64,000 nt of DNA, taken from a virus. The translations under genes and the position numbers were made by a program. The stretch covers positions 1 through 64,000 of the IMG/VR virus record IMGVR_UViG_3300042319_001830; one strand, 5' to 3'. The notes below the pieces were generated by a model, which searched no databases, had not been told where the DNA came from, and worked only from the letters and a program-made list of their open reading frames with translations. Shown here in pieces: positions 9,001 through 17,932 of this stretch (positions are counted from its first letter, which is position 1; each line of letters starts with the position of its first letter).

Positions 9001-10397
9001 ATAATTGGGTAATGGACAAATTGGGTGGTAAATCTCCATCGAAAATTGGTTTAGCAATTGTTGATGGTATTAAATCTGTAGTAGATATGTTATTTGATGT
9101 ACTTACATATCCATTTAAAAAAGCCGCTCAAATTATACCTGAGCTGATTGATATTATAAAAACAACTTATATTTATGCTTTTAAATCTATAGTTGATACA
9201 TTGTTTGAGTTAATAACATATCCATTTAGAAAAGGATTTGATTTGGTGAAATCAATCATAAGCGAAGTAATCACATTTATCAAAGATATATTTAGCGGCG
9301 CTTTTACATTCTTAGTTGACGCTTTCAAATCAGATTCAGGCGCAATGTTTGATTTGATTACAAATTCATTTAGAAAAGCATTTGAGTTGGTAAAATCAAT
9401 CATAAGTGAAGTGGGCGCATTCATCAAAGATATATTTAACAGTGCTTTTACATTCTTAGTTGATGCTTTCAAATCAGTGTCAGGCGCAATGTTTGATATA
9501 CTTACATATCCATTTAGAAAAGGGTTTGAGTTGGTAAAATCAATCATAAGCGGGGTGGGCGCATTCATCAAAGATATATTTAGCGGTGCTTTTACATTCT
9601 TAGTTGATGCTTTAAAATCGGTGTCAGGCGCAATGTTTGATTTGATTACAAATGCATTTAGAAACGGATTTGATTTAGTGAAATCAATCATAAGCGAAGT
9701 GGGCGCATTGATCAAAGATATATTTAGCGGTGCTTTTACATTCTTAGTTGATGCTTTAAAATCGGTGTCAGGCGCAATGTTTGATTTGATTACAAATGCA
9801 TTTAGAAACGGATTTGAGTTGGTAAAATTAATTGTATCCGAGTCGGGGTCGTTTATTAAAGATGTATTTAGTTTATCTTTTGATTTTATAATCCAATCAC
9901 TTAAAAAAGTAGTTGATGTGATGTTTGATTTGATTACGTATCCATTTAAAAAAGCATTTCAACTAATAAAGTCTGCTGTATCGGAAGTTGGATCTGTTCT
10001 AAAAGATACATTCAGTGGGGCTTTTACATTTATTATTAATGCGCTTGAAAAAGTGTGGGAAAAGTTAAAAGGCGTGGGTGGATTTATAACTGACTTAGTA
10101 GGAAAAGGATTTAGTTTTGTTGGTAAAATACTTGGTGTTACTGATGAACCTACTAATGAATCTACTGGTAAATCTGCAAAAGTTGATGAAAAAAACAAAG
10201 GACAAGGTTTACAAACCGATTCTATTATTAATGCAATTGTAAGTTCCAACAAAGCGGTGGTTGAAAAACTGGATAAACTAACATCAATGATGGCATCTGG
10301 TCAAATTGCTGTATATATTGATGGACAACGTGCAAATCAACTATTGGCAACAAGTAATTCAAAATTTGGTTCATTTGGTCAAGCAACAACCAATTAA
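6093..10397 (+). CDS. Tape measure protein
   Basis: 1434 aa, helical, Ala/Gly/Ile-rich with amphipathic repeats; follows the tail chaperone; ends with VYIDGQR. Confidence 0.88.
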   Translation: MATQPFDEKAAAASREYLKNLIDIKSEIGQTLDDLRKITVAEQNNVDIAKSLGQVYKTQQDKINEQLKGKSLQEQMSLKLQNSEMKIEELSSARISSHKTLLKLGRDLLTYNAELVNLQGSNALSSEIKAKINLIEETETQLNLEKKLLSNSGSQLASLKLRNNLLKIGNDLLNVYNKALEMGVQLLNKMGDLAGSLMAKLNMPTTIVGTFTKILDIFNEIDTAATNVRQKFGLLPSQGAIFEKNIREASIQLAEFGINAEQLGGTMKQIGSTFTSLQSMEKGLVKDVSIMSAQFGISAETSAKFLQTLGGVSGKSAMAKQNMLGLAKFAANAYGVGLDDVMSDVANASDAARMYAGKNADELVRAAAQARQMGTTLDNMANTAKGLLDFESSIQSELKASALIGKNINFNEARRLAFQGDIIGANKLILDQAKKIKFNQLNPIAQDAFAKAAGKTVKELQEMLNAEENLKEALKSKDPLVRAEAEKKKQMAEMMKKDPIAAKKAAQAEYEKGLIQEKNQTRMKQLQNEINAIFMEFIGPILEGIGPIFTELLKYIKDNRAQIKEFAQEIGKAFLIFKNLEYIALIFKKIDDAITGTTESIKAAKSVFTNFKNASVEFFTIFKSGTSSIANSIGGVIKSTLKWLTTSGSLKNSILNVAVKIDDIAIKIMKFSDVIKNSGNGFQTMGNVVGSIGKGVGSIANGFLNTAGIVEKITNKFSIFAKMGSSIGSIGGKVSGIFSGFNQIFNVSGKITGVLGSIKNVLMVPLKMLGSVGKAIGGLSGVSKIFTSFGPLFGGVAKFLGPIGIVISVIQGGIAFFKAFSETTGTTSQKAVAGLKAVINVLVIEPLKMVWDFLKKIPSFLANIDFAGILKDVTNFLLDGLTSLPDKIEELFSGGGGGIEWGKIFANIARLAIELIVAAFVKLPIAIYKTVGKLGLLILKAFGLNAIADGIASIADTLYTTLKWPFEAIYNWVMDKLGGKSPSKIGLAIVDGIKSVVDMLFDVLTYPFKKAAQIIPELIDIIKTTYIYAFKSIVDTLFELITYPFRKGFDLVKSIISEVITFIKDIFSGAFTFLVDAFKSDSGAMFDLITNSFRKAFELVKSIISEVGAFIKDIFNSAFTFLVDAFKSVSGAMFDILTYPFRKGFELVKSIISGVGAFIKDIFSGAFTFLVDALKSVSGAMFDLITNAFRNGFDLVKSIISEVGALIKDIFSGAFTFLVDALKSVSGAMFDLITNAFRNGFELVKLIVSESGSFIKDVFSLSFDFIIQSLKKVVDVMFDLITYPFKKAFQLIKSAVSEVGSVLKDTFSGAFTFIINALEKVWEKLKGVGGFITDLVGKGFSFVGKILGVTDEPTNESTGKSAKVDEKNKGQGLQTDSIINAIVSSNKAVVEKLDKLTSMMASGQIAVYIDGQRANQLLATSNSKFGSFGQATTN
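9195..10060 (+). repeat. 144-nt (48-aa) tandem repeats inside the tape measure, about 6 copies
   Basis: CGCAATGTTTGAT recurs at 9341, 9485, 9629 and 9773; flanking copies are degenerate. Confidence 0.92.
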
Positions 10398-10414
10398 TCT
10401 AATATTTATAATTA

Positions 10415-13024
10415 ATGGCAAATAGTAATACATATTATGGCGCAATAGGCAATGATGGTGCGCAGGTTACCACACTTTCTAATATACAAGGTGCTGGTTT
10501 ATCTTTACCGTTAAATACTGAACAGTATATAAATCTAAGAGCACCTGGTAAATTAGAAACGTTATTTAACACTAAAAATAACAGTGACGTATTATATAAC
10601 AAAAATAAACCAATTGATTTATACGCTAAAGGATTAATTAGTAGTGAATTGGCACCCCCATTCTACGCGAATCCGAATCAAGGTCAACGTCAAAAGATAA
10701 ACGCTAGTAGATCGTTTCCTATACAATCCGCCTTAAGAGATGGAACTCGTATCAGAAGATTTTTGGGATCTGGTAAAGGTGGCGCTTTTTTAACAAAACA
10801 AATAATACTACAGGGATTTGCTTCGTTTGATGAAACGAAGATATATAATCCAGCAAGTCCTCTTTTAGCCGCAGTTAGATTATCAACATTTGGCGCTATA
10901 GAAAGGCCAACCAGATTTATAGATAGCAGTAACCTTGTGGGTGGTTTAATGGGGGCCGCTGGTCTCGGTGGCATTACCAAAGCTATTGGTGGTTTGTTTG
11001 GTGCTACTGAAGGAAATCCATCGCCGCCTCGCAGTAGTGTGGCTAGTGCTGCTAGTGTACCTAAAGGTGGATTGGGTGGATTCTTCAATTTTACGGGATT
11101 GTTTGGTGGTGGCGATAAAGCAGATCAAGTAATGCCTATTACAGGTCGTGATGGTGTTAAAGGATTATTAAGAGGTAACACAGCTACCTCTGCTTATAAC
11201 AACAAACGATACAAGAGTTTGATGAGTAATTCCGCTGGTAAAGGTGGATTTTTTGGTAATCTATTAAAAGCAGCTGGATCATTTTTAAAGAACAATACGA
11301 TTCTAGGTGGATTGTTGCCACCTACTCAACCAATAGCAGGATTAAATTACAGAGCGGACGAAGATACATATGATCTGATGTTGAATACTAATAGATGGAG
11401 CAACTCTATTACACATGATACGTCGGGAGGTAAAAAAAGTGCCAATCTAAATGTTAATGTAAATCAAGGTAATAATTTATTGTTTACAGGCACGCAGCCA
11501 AAAACAAAAGGTGGTTTTATTGGTGGGTTGTTAAAAGCTATTGGATTGCAAAAAATAACAGGCGGTAACAGTAGTGGCACAAGTGGAATGAGATTCTTTG
11601 CTACACCGTTGACAAACATCGTTTCTAAAAGACTGAGATTATATGTTCAGAGTAATAAAAATTTAAGAAACAATAGTTTTCTATCAGTTACATATTCGAC
11701 TACTCCTGGTGTTGGTAAATTAACCGATTCATATACAATTAATAACGTTGAAATCAGTTCTGTGGATGGGGCTAACACCAATCGTTACGGTGATTTAGTT
11801 AAAATAGATGGTGATGTAGAATATAGCGATCAATTATTAAATTATAAGCAATATACAGATCCGCAATTATCTGTAAACTATCAACGTACACTTTCAGATA
11901 AAACAGATAAAACAGTACAATATCTTCAAGATTTAAACGTTACTTTAAAAAATAAAATCGCTGGAACAGATAATTTAAAATATGCCCATTATCCAGCATT
12001 TGGAAAAATACAACAAAATGTTACTGATGATGTAGGTTTTAATTATTTGGCAAAAGTAAAATCGGACAGAACGAACCCCGAAGGATCTGACAGTGCAAAT
12101 CAGTATACATATACAGGAAGAATAAGAGCAAATCCAGAAAAATTCCCAACCTTATTAGGAAAAAAAGAGGGTACTGATAGATTTATAAGACCCACCAATA
12201 ATGTTGATTATGTTAATAGTCTGGGTGTGTTAAATGCTGATGAATTTGCTCAGAAATATAACGATCAATTCAATGGATTGGGCCCTGATTTGGTTAAGTT
12301 TTATTTCTATGATATTGTGAACAACAGATTTATACCGTTTAATGCTACGGTTAAATCATTACAAGAAAATAATGCCGCAACTTGGGAGCCAATTGAATAT
12401 CTTGGCAGACCTGACAAGTTATATTATTACAAAGGATTTACAAGAGATGTTAGTTTCAACTTCAAAGTAGTTGCACATTCTGTTAAAGAATTATTACCTA
12501 TGTGGCAACGTGTAAATTATTTGGTGGGTTTAACTAGACCTTCTAATTATACATCTACTATTAATGGTGGATTTATGATACCGCCTATGGTACAATTTAC
12601 ACTTGGTGACTTTTATAAGAATCATTGCGTTGTATTAAATTCTTGCAACGTATCTATACCAGAAGATGCATCTTGGGAATTGATCAATGAAAATACTGTG
12701 AAAAATCAAGATTGGAGTTATAATTTGGGAAATATATTTACATTTGGAAAGACTAGTATGAAAGGTAAAGTAGCTCAGTTTCCAAGAGAAGCTGAAATTA
12801 GTATCACAATGGCTATAATGGAAAAAGACAGACCAAAAACAGGAAGAGCTGTTTGGGGTAATGCTCCTGTTCCAACTATGACTCAGGCGGATATTGGAGA
12901 AACTGCTACGGTATCTACATTTGGCACAACTGATCTTTATGGCGGTAAAGATTACAATGATGCAGCTAACAATGATTTTTCAATGAATATGCGATATGAT
13001 GTTGATAGACAAGGAAATGAATGA
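10415..13024 (+). CDS. Baseplate/tail-tube initiator-like structural protein
   Basis: C-terminal tube-fold motif FNATVKSLQENNAATWEPIEYLGRPDKLYYYKGFTRDVSFNF..PPMVQFTLGD; directly after the tape measure. Confidence 0.62.
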   Translation: MANSNTYYGAIGNDGAQVTTLSNIQGAGLSLPLNTEQYINLRAPGKLETLFNTKNNSDVLYNKNKPIDLYAKGLISSELAPPFYANPNQGQRQKINASRSFPIQSALRDGTRIRRFLGSGKGGAFLTKQIILQGFASFDETKIYNPASPLLAAVRLSTFGAIERPTRFIDSSNLVGGLMGAAGLGGITKAIGGLFGATEGNPSPPRSSVASAASVPKGGLGGFFNFTGLFGGGDKADQVMPITGRDGVKGLLRGNTATSAYNNKRYKSLMSNSAGKGGFFGNLLKAAGSFLKNNTILGGLLPPTQPIAGLNYRADEDTYDLMLNTNRWSNSITHDTSGGKKSANLNVNVNQGNNLLFTGTQPKTKGGFIGGLLKAIGLQKITGGNSSGTSGMRFFATPLTNIVSKRLRLYVQSNKNLRNNSFLSVTYSTTPGVGKLTDSYTINNVEISSVDGANTNRYGDLVKIDGDVEYSDQLLNYKQYTDPQLSVNYQRTLSDKTDKTVQYLQDLNVTLKNKIAGTDNLKYAHYPAFGKIQQNVTDDVGFNYLAKVKSDRTNPEGSDSANQYTYTGRIRANPEKFPTLLGKKEGTDRFIRPTNNVDYVNSLGVLNADEFAQKYNDQFNGLGPDLVKFYFYDIVNNRFIPFNATVKSLQENNAATWEPIEYLGRPDKLYYYKGFTRDVSFNFKVVAHSVKELLPMWQRVNYLVGLTRPSNYTSTINGGFMIPPMVQFTLGDFYKNHCVVLNSCNVSIPEDASWELINENTVKNQDWSYNLGNIFTFGKTSMKGKVAQFPREAEISITMAIMEKDRPKTGRAVWGNAPVPTMTQADIGETATVSTFGTTDLYGGKDYNDAANNDFSMNMRYDVDRQGNE

Positions 13025-13314
13025 GATATCAATTTACACCAACTGAAAAAAGATACGATGGTAAAATGGTATTTAAAACCACATATTATCCGAATATACC
13101 TGAGTCTGACGATGATCTGTATATTACAACGTCCGATGAAGATTATTTAGACGCTTTAGCTAAAAAATACTATGGGGACGAAATGTATTGGTGGATAATT
13201 GCATTGGCTAATAACATAGCAGAGGGTAAATTGTCTGTTAATGCAGATAAACAATTACGAATACCAGGTAACTTACCAAATATATTGCAGAATCTTAAAC
13301 AGATTAATAGTTAA
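13021..13314 (+). CDS. LysM/gp53-like baseplate wedge protein
   Basis: DYLDALAKKYYGDEMYWWIIALAN...LRIP. Confidence 0.8.
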   Translation: MRYQFTPTEKRYDGKMVFKTTYYPNIPESDDDLYITTSDEDYLDALAKKYYGDEMYWWIIALANNIAEGKLSVNADKQLRIPGNLPNILQNLKQINS

Positions 13315-13319
13315 GTTAT

Positions 13320-16187
13320 ATGGCATACGAGGAAGAAATCGCGGAAGAACCTAGATGGTGGGAAGTACAAAATATTCCCGTTTCACTGATTCGTGAGTTA
13401 CGACGTAGAAAAAACACAAATAATGTTGGTTTCAACTATCCAAGTTCAGGAGATCCAAGTGGTGTAGTTTATGATTTTTTCAATAAACATGATCAATACA
13501 AAGGTCCGATGACTCCATGGATACGTGTATTTTCAAATGGTACTGGTATAGCGGGAAATGGATTGGTGCCACGTAGCACGATATTAAATAAAAATGGTAA
13601 AGAAAAGGCATATGATGGATTTTTATTTATGCCTGGTAATGGTTTTTATGAAGCATACGGATTCAAACAAGAGGGAAATATATTAAAACAAGATAAGGCT
13701 ATCATTGGATACGAAGCCAATGGTGAACCACATTATATAGATCCTAAATATAGATCTCAATTTTCTTCCAAATGGCCAAGTACTTTTAACAGAAATGGCA
13801 AGATTATAGAAAGCGCACAGAAATCTGAAATATCTTCTGTATTACCACCGCCTAATTTAGATAGCATAGAAATAAAAACTAGCAAAGATATGTTAGCTTT
13901 TGTTACGATAAAATTCAAATGTTATGGATTGGCTCAATTGGAATATTTAGCACCATTCTTTTTAACACCCAGAATAAACGTATTTGTTGAAATTGGATGG
14001 AACTTATTTAATATCAATTCGTTGATCGAATTGAGTAATCCCGATGAATGTTGGTCTATTATACAACAACCACAAAAAGTGATGGATAGATGGTATCAAT
14101 CATATGGTAATTATGGATGTATAACCGGTATTATCACCAAATATAATTTTGCCACTCAAGATGGCACCGTATATGATTGTAGCGTTGAATTAACTTCTCG
14201 ACAGGCATTATTTGCTGGTATGCCGGCTGAAAATAATGTGAGTACCACCACAGAGACAAAGACAGATGCGACTGGAAAAAAGATTCCAACCGAAACCAAA
14301 GAATATACTGGGTTAAAAACATTCTTAAAAACAGGATTACCTAAGTTAAAACAAGTTATAGTTGATAGAAAAAACTTTATGGCGTATATCGCATCAAGCG
14401 GTATATCCAATTCAGATGATTATGATAATTCGATAAATCAACACTTCATACAAAACCAAAATTTTTACGATGGTAAAGTTGAAAATCGAATCTTTATAGG
14501 TAGAACTGATGCGACTAATGTATATAAAAAACCATCAATTCCAATTGGAGACGATAGTATATCATACAAATCTGTTAAAATTGGTAAGGTGGACTATAAA
14601 GCTGTATCATATAAAGATGATCGGTGTGATTTTGATACTAAGGGTGACGATGAAGTTTGGATGCAATTAGATTTTCTGTTTGAAGTTGCCAACAGATTCT
14701 GCACAGTTGTGTCAAACAAAACATTTACTATTAACGTCGATAAGATAATTAACGCACATCCAAATTTGATAAGTTGCGACCCTCACGTATTAATTCCAAA
14801 TGGTATTGCTCCAAAATTTAATATTGGTAAGAAGTTACCGGATGAAAGTTATTTGAATACGATAAAAAATAATAAACTCGATCCAACAGCGCAGAGTCGA
14901 GTAGAAACAGAAATAAAATCGGGTGGTTATTTAAAAAATGGAGATGTAAATCAAAATAACTTTTTAAAATCTAAATATGATATAGAAGTGACCGATATAA
15001 ATGATGAATTATATAGAGCTGCTAAAAAAGTTGAAACTGTATTTAAAACAGCAGGCGCTTATAGAGATAACTTAGATACCATTATAAACAGATTGTATTA
15101 TGACATCGGAGCATTGAGTGAAGATAGTCCATCGGATAATATATCATTTCCTTTTATTTATGACAAAGAAGTTGAATTGAATGGGGATGAATTGGTATTA
15201 ACCGATCCAAAAAAACAAAGATCAAAATCAATCAAAAGAACATTTAAGAAATTTAGATATGGCAATTTAAAAAATATATACATCAGTAAAACTAAAGTAC
15301 TTGAAATTACGGAAAATAAAGAAATTCAAACTTGGCAACAATTTGCAAACGCTGTATTAAACGTTATCAATGAAGCTTCAAATGGATTCTGGAAGTTTCA
15401 AATATCACAAGATGATTTGGGTGGATTATCAATACTAGATAACAATTATATTGATTTGGGTGATAAGGCTCCCAGTTTGAAAAAAGTATACGTATTTGAT
15501 GCCGGCGGTACTGAATCGTGTATAAAGAGTATTAGTTTTGACGCGTCGTTAACAAATGAACAAGCTACATTAACACTGTTTCAAGCTGGTATAAATAAAC
15601 CAGATGATTCTGATACATCTATGAGTGCAAAGAACGCAAGTATGCCATTAACTAGCTTCATAGATAGATTGGATAAATTCAATAAGGAGGAAGAAACGGG
15701 CACAGGTGAGAGCAATACTGTACCTTCACAAGACGAGCTTACAGTGGATCAAAATCCATTGATTTCCACAATACAAACTTATGGTAATATAGATAAAGTA
15801 TTAACTATTACTAGTGCTTACGTAGCCCCAGGTGAAATTGCAAACGATGCTTCAAAGAACTACAAACAATTAAACTTGTCACCTGATTTGAAAGATAAGT
15901 TGGGTCAAATTATAGATGATCAAGATATAGAAAATAACTTGCCGTTGTATAGTGGTATATCTCCAAACTTTTCACTGACTATAACGTTTGATGGTATATT
16001 TGGATTTAGAATGTTTCAACACTTTGGTATTTCTAATTTTCCAAAACCATATATTCCTGAAAATGTTATATTTATGATAACCGATGTTACACATTATGTA
16101 ACCGCTGGAAATGGTAAATGGGAAACTGTTGTGGGTTGTTTAGCTAGATGTGTAGCAGATCAAAATATTGAATTGGTGCCTGTATGA
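13320..16187 (+). CDS. Putative baseplate hub protein
   Basis: Follows the LysM-like gene; P..NVFVEIGWN and C-terminal TFDGIFGFR..F.ITDVTH...WET motifs resemble hub proteins. Confidence 0.55.
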   Translation: MAYEEEIAEEPRWWEVQNIPVSLIRELRRRKNTNNVGFNYPSSGDPSGVVYDFFNKHDQYKGPMTPWIRVFSNGTGIAGNGLVPRSTILNKNGKEKAYDGFLFMPGNGFYEAYGFKQEGNILKQDKAIIGYEANGEPHYIDPKYRSQFSSKWPSTFNRNGKIIESAQKSEISSVLPPPNLDSIEIKTSKDMLAFVTIKFKCYGLAQLEYLAPFFLTPRINVFVEIGWNLFNINSLIELSNPDECWSIIQQPQKVMDRWYQSYGNYGCITGIITKYNFATQDGTVYDCSVELTSRQALFAGMPAENNVSTTTETKTDATGKKIPTETKEYTGLKTFLKTGLPKLKQVIVDRKNFMAYIASSGISNSDDYDNSINQHFIQNQNFYDGKVENRIFIGRTDATNVYKKPSIPIGDDSISYKSVKIGKVDYKAVSYKDDRCDFDTKGDDEVWMQLDFLFEVANRFCTVVSNKTFTINVDKIINAHPNLISCDPHVLIPNGIAPKFNIGKKLPDESYLNTIKNNKLDPTAQSRVETEIKSGGYLKNGDVNQNNFLKSKYDIEVTDINDELYRAAKKVETVFKTAGAYRDNLDTIINRLYYDIGALSEDSPSDNISFPFIYDKEVELNGDELVLTDPKKQRSKSIKRTFKKFRYGNLKNIYISKTKVLEITENKEIQTWQQFANAVLNVINEASNGFWKFQISQDDLGGLSILDNNYIDLGDKAPSLKKVYVFDAGGTESCIKSISFDASLTNEQATLTLFQAGINKPDDSDTSMSAKNASMPLTSFIDRLDKFNKEEETGTGESNTVPSQDELTVDQNPLISTIQTYGNIDKVLTITSAYVAPGEIANDASKNYKQLNLSPDLKDKLGQIIDDQDIENNLPLYSGISPNFSLTITFDGIFGFRMFQHFGISNFPKPYIPENVIFMITDVTHYVTAGNGKWETVVGCLARCVADQNIELVPV

Positions 16188-16570
16188 CAATAAAAGATAC
16201 GGATATTATAACCAAGACAAAATTAAATTTGGGTAATTTTAATATTAACCTACCAAATACATTTTTGCCAATGCCGACCGATAAAGACTACAAAGTTGGA
16301 TACATAGAAAGATATGTAGTTTCTAAAATAAACTACAATGAGATAACTGAAGTTTCATCCGATGTATATGGTAAAATGGATAGTAACTTTTTTAAAAAGG
16401 CAAAGTTCAAATGGAAGATTACAGGTGTATTAAATAGCAAATATGACGGTAAAATGTTATTGGAACAGGGAGTGATAGAATTCAACAAAAAGCAAGTGGA
16501 ACAGATAAGCACCATAATTAGAGGTGCTAATGATGTTTTTTCAAATATTACTCAGTTTTACAAACAATAA
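16184..16570 (+). CDS. Hypothetical phage protein
   Basis: 128-aa ORF coupled by an ATGA overlap; PTDKDYKVGYIERY motif. Confidence 0.6.
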   Translation: MTIKDTDIITKTKLNLGNFNINLPNTFLPMPTDKDYKVGYIERYVVSKINYNEITEVSSDVYGKMDSNFFKKAKFKWKITGVLNSKYDGKMLLEQGVIEFNKKQVEQISTIIRGANDVFSNITQFYKQ

Positions 16571-16572
16571 AA

Positions 16573-16600
16573 TTGACTTTCCATATTGTTGTTGTAAAAT
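16573..16600 (+). promoter_or_regulatory. Sigma70-like promoter TTGACT-N16-TAAAAT, 6 nt before the GTG start
   Basis: Sequence match. Confidence 0.55.
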
Positions 16601-16606
16601 TAAGTT

Positions 16607-17905
16607 GTGGAGTATTCATCTAAAATTTATTTAAAATTAATTACAAAACACGATAATTATCATAACGCTTGTAATGATATTATTGCTGCTTTCATCTTTA
16701 ATTTTAAAGATGGTACCAAACAATATTTAAATTTTGAACACAACGATTTACCTATAGATTGTACATTTAAAGAGTTTAAATCTGAGATTGAATCGCAAAA
16801 TTTAATCGTGTATGTCAATAATAAAAAGACATACAAGTACTGGTTAAATTGTAATTTGATAGATGTTAATTTGTTTGGATTCATTAACAACAACGAAATA
16901 TTAGATGAAGTAGAGTGTTTGACTGAGAACTTTCTGAAATACAATTATCGTAATATCAATAACTTTAATTTGATATTGCCATATGTTATACACCAGCGAA
17001 TATTTGATGTTGAGATAAAGCAAATTGAGACGTTGGGTGATAAAGACACAGACAATTATTGTTTCAAGTTTTTTAATAACGTTATATCTGACACTTTGTT
17101 TGAGGTGGAAAAAAATGGATTAAAAGTTGATACAGACGTATTTTCAAAATACTTTAAAAGTAAAACATATAACAAATTCATATACACAAACTACAATATC
17201 TACAATCCTACTGGTAGACCAAGTAATGCATATGATAATATTAATTATGTAGCGCTCAAAAAAGATGATGGATCCAGAGCTAGTTTTGTGTCTAGGTATG
17301 GAGAATCCGGTCATTTAATGATGGTAGATTTTACCGGATTTCATCCGTACATTGTGGCTAATTTGATTGATTATAAAGTTCCTGAGAAGGAAACGATATA
17401 TGAACATTTAGCCAAATATTATTTTGATGTTGACACAGTAACATCTGAAGATATAGCTAAATCAAAGAAATTGACGATGGTTAATCTATATGGACAAATT
17501 TCACAACAGTACTGTAACATTCCGTATTTTGCAAAGGTAAACGAATTAAAGGATAAGTACTGGCAAAAATTTGAAAAGAATGGATATATAACAACTCCGG
17601 TATATAAACGTAAAATTACAAATAAGCACATTGTTGATCCCAACCGAAATAAATTGTTTTCTTATATAATTCAAGCTGCTGAGACTGAATATGGCATTGA
17701 TAGTCTGAGTAAGTGTATTAAGTTTGTTAGTGATAAGAGAATTGTACCCATACTATACGTGTATGACTCAATTGTATTTGATGTACACAATGACACAAAT
17801 AAACAAGAATTAATTGATTTGGTTGATATTATCAAAAACAAACGATTTAAAGTAAAAACCTATATTGGAAATAATTACAATGATTTGAAATTAGTCCAAA
17901 TGTAA
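16607..17905 (+). CDS. Short family A DNA polymerase-like protein
   Basis: TGRPSN, motif A VDFTGFHP, motif B KSKKLTMVNLYG, YIIQAAETE, motif C YVYDSIVFD. Confidence 0.75.
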   Translation: MEYSSKIYLKLITKHDNYHNACNDIIAAFIFNFKDGTKQYLNFEHNDLPIDCTFKEFKSEIESQNLIVYVNNKKTYKYWLNCNLIDVNLFGFINNNEILDEVECLTENFLKYNYRNINNFNLILPYVIHQRIFDVEIKQIETLGDKDTDNYCFKFFNNVISDTLFEVEKNGLKVDTDVFSKYFKSKTYNKFIYTNYNIYNPTGRPSNAYDNINYVALKKDDGSRASFVSRYGESGHLMMVDFTGFHPYIVANLIDYKVPEKETIYEHLAKYYFDVDTVTSEDIAKSKKLTMVNLYGQISQQYCNIPYFAKVNELKDKYWQKFEKNGYITTPVYKRKITNKHIVDPNRNKLFSYIIQAAETEYGIDSLSKCIKFVSDKRIVPILYVYDSIVFDVHNDTNKQELIDLVDIIKNKRFKVKTYIGNNYNDLKLVQM

Positions 17906-17932
17906 ATATATTTATATGTATATTTATATTAG

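Noticed and set aside
9195-10060. Regularly spaced repeats as a CRISPR array
   Set aside because: The units are contiguous, in frame and coding, with no unique spacers.
6512-10252. Several minus-strand ORFs within the tape measure
   Set aside because: Antisense shadows of a repetitive coding region with no independent signals; the same applies to other nested antisense ORFs such as 32106..32879 and 63640..63984.
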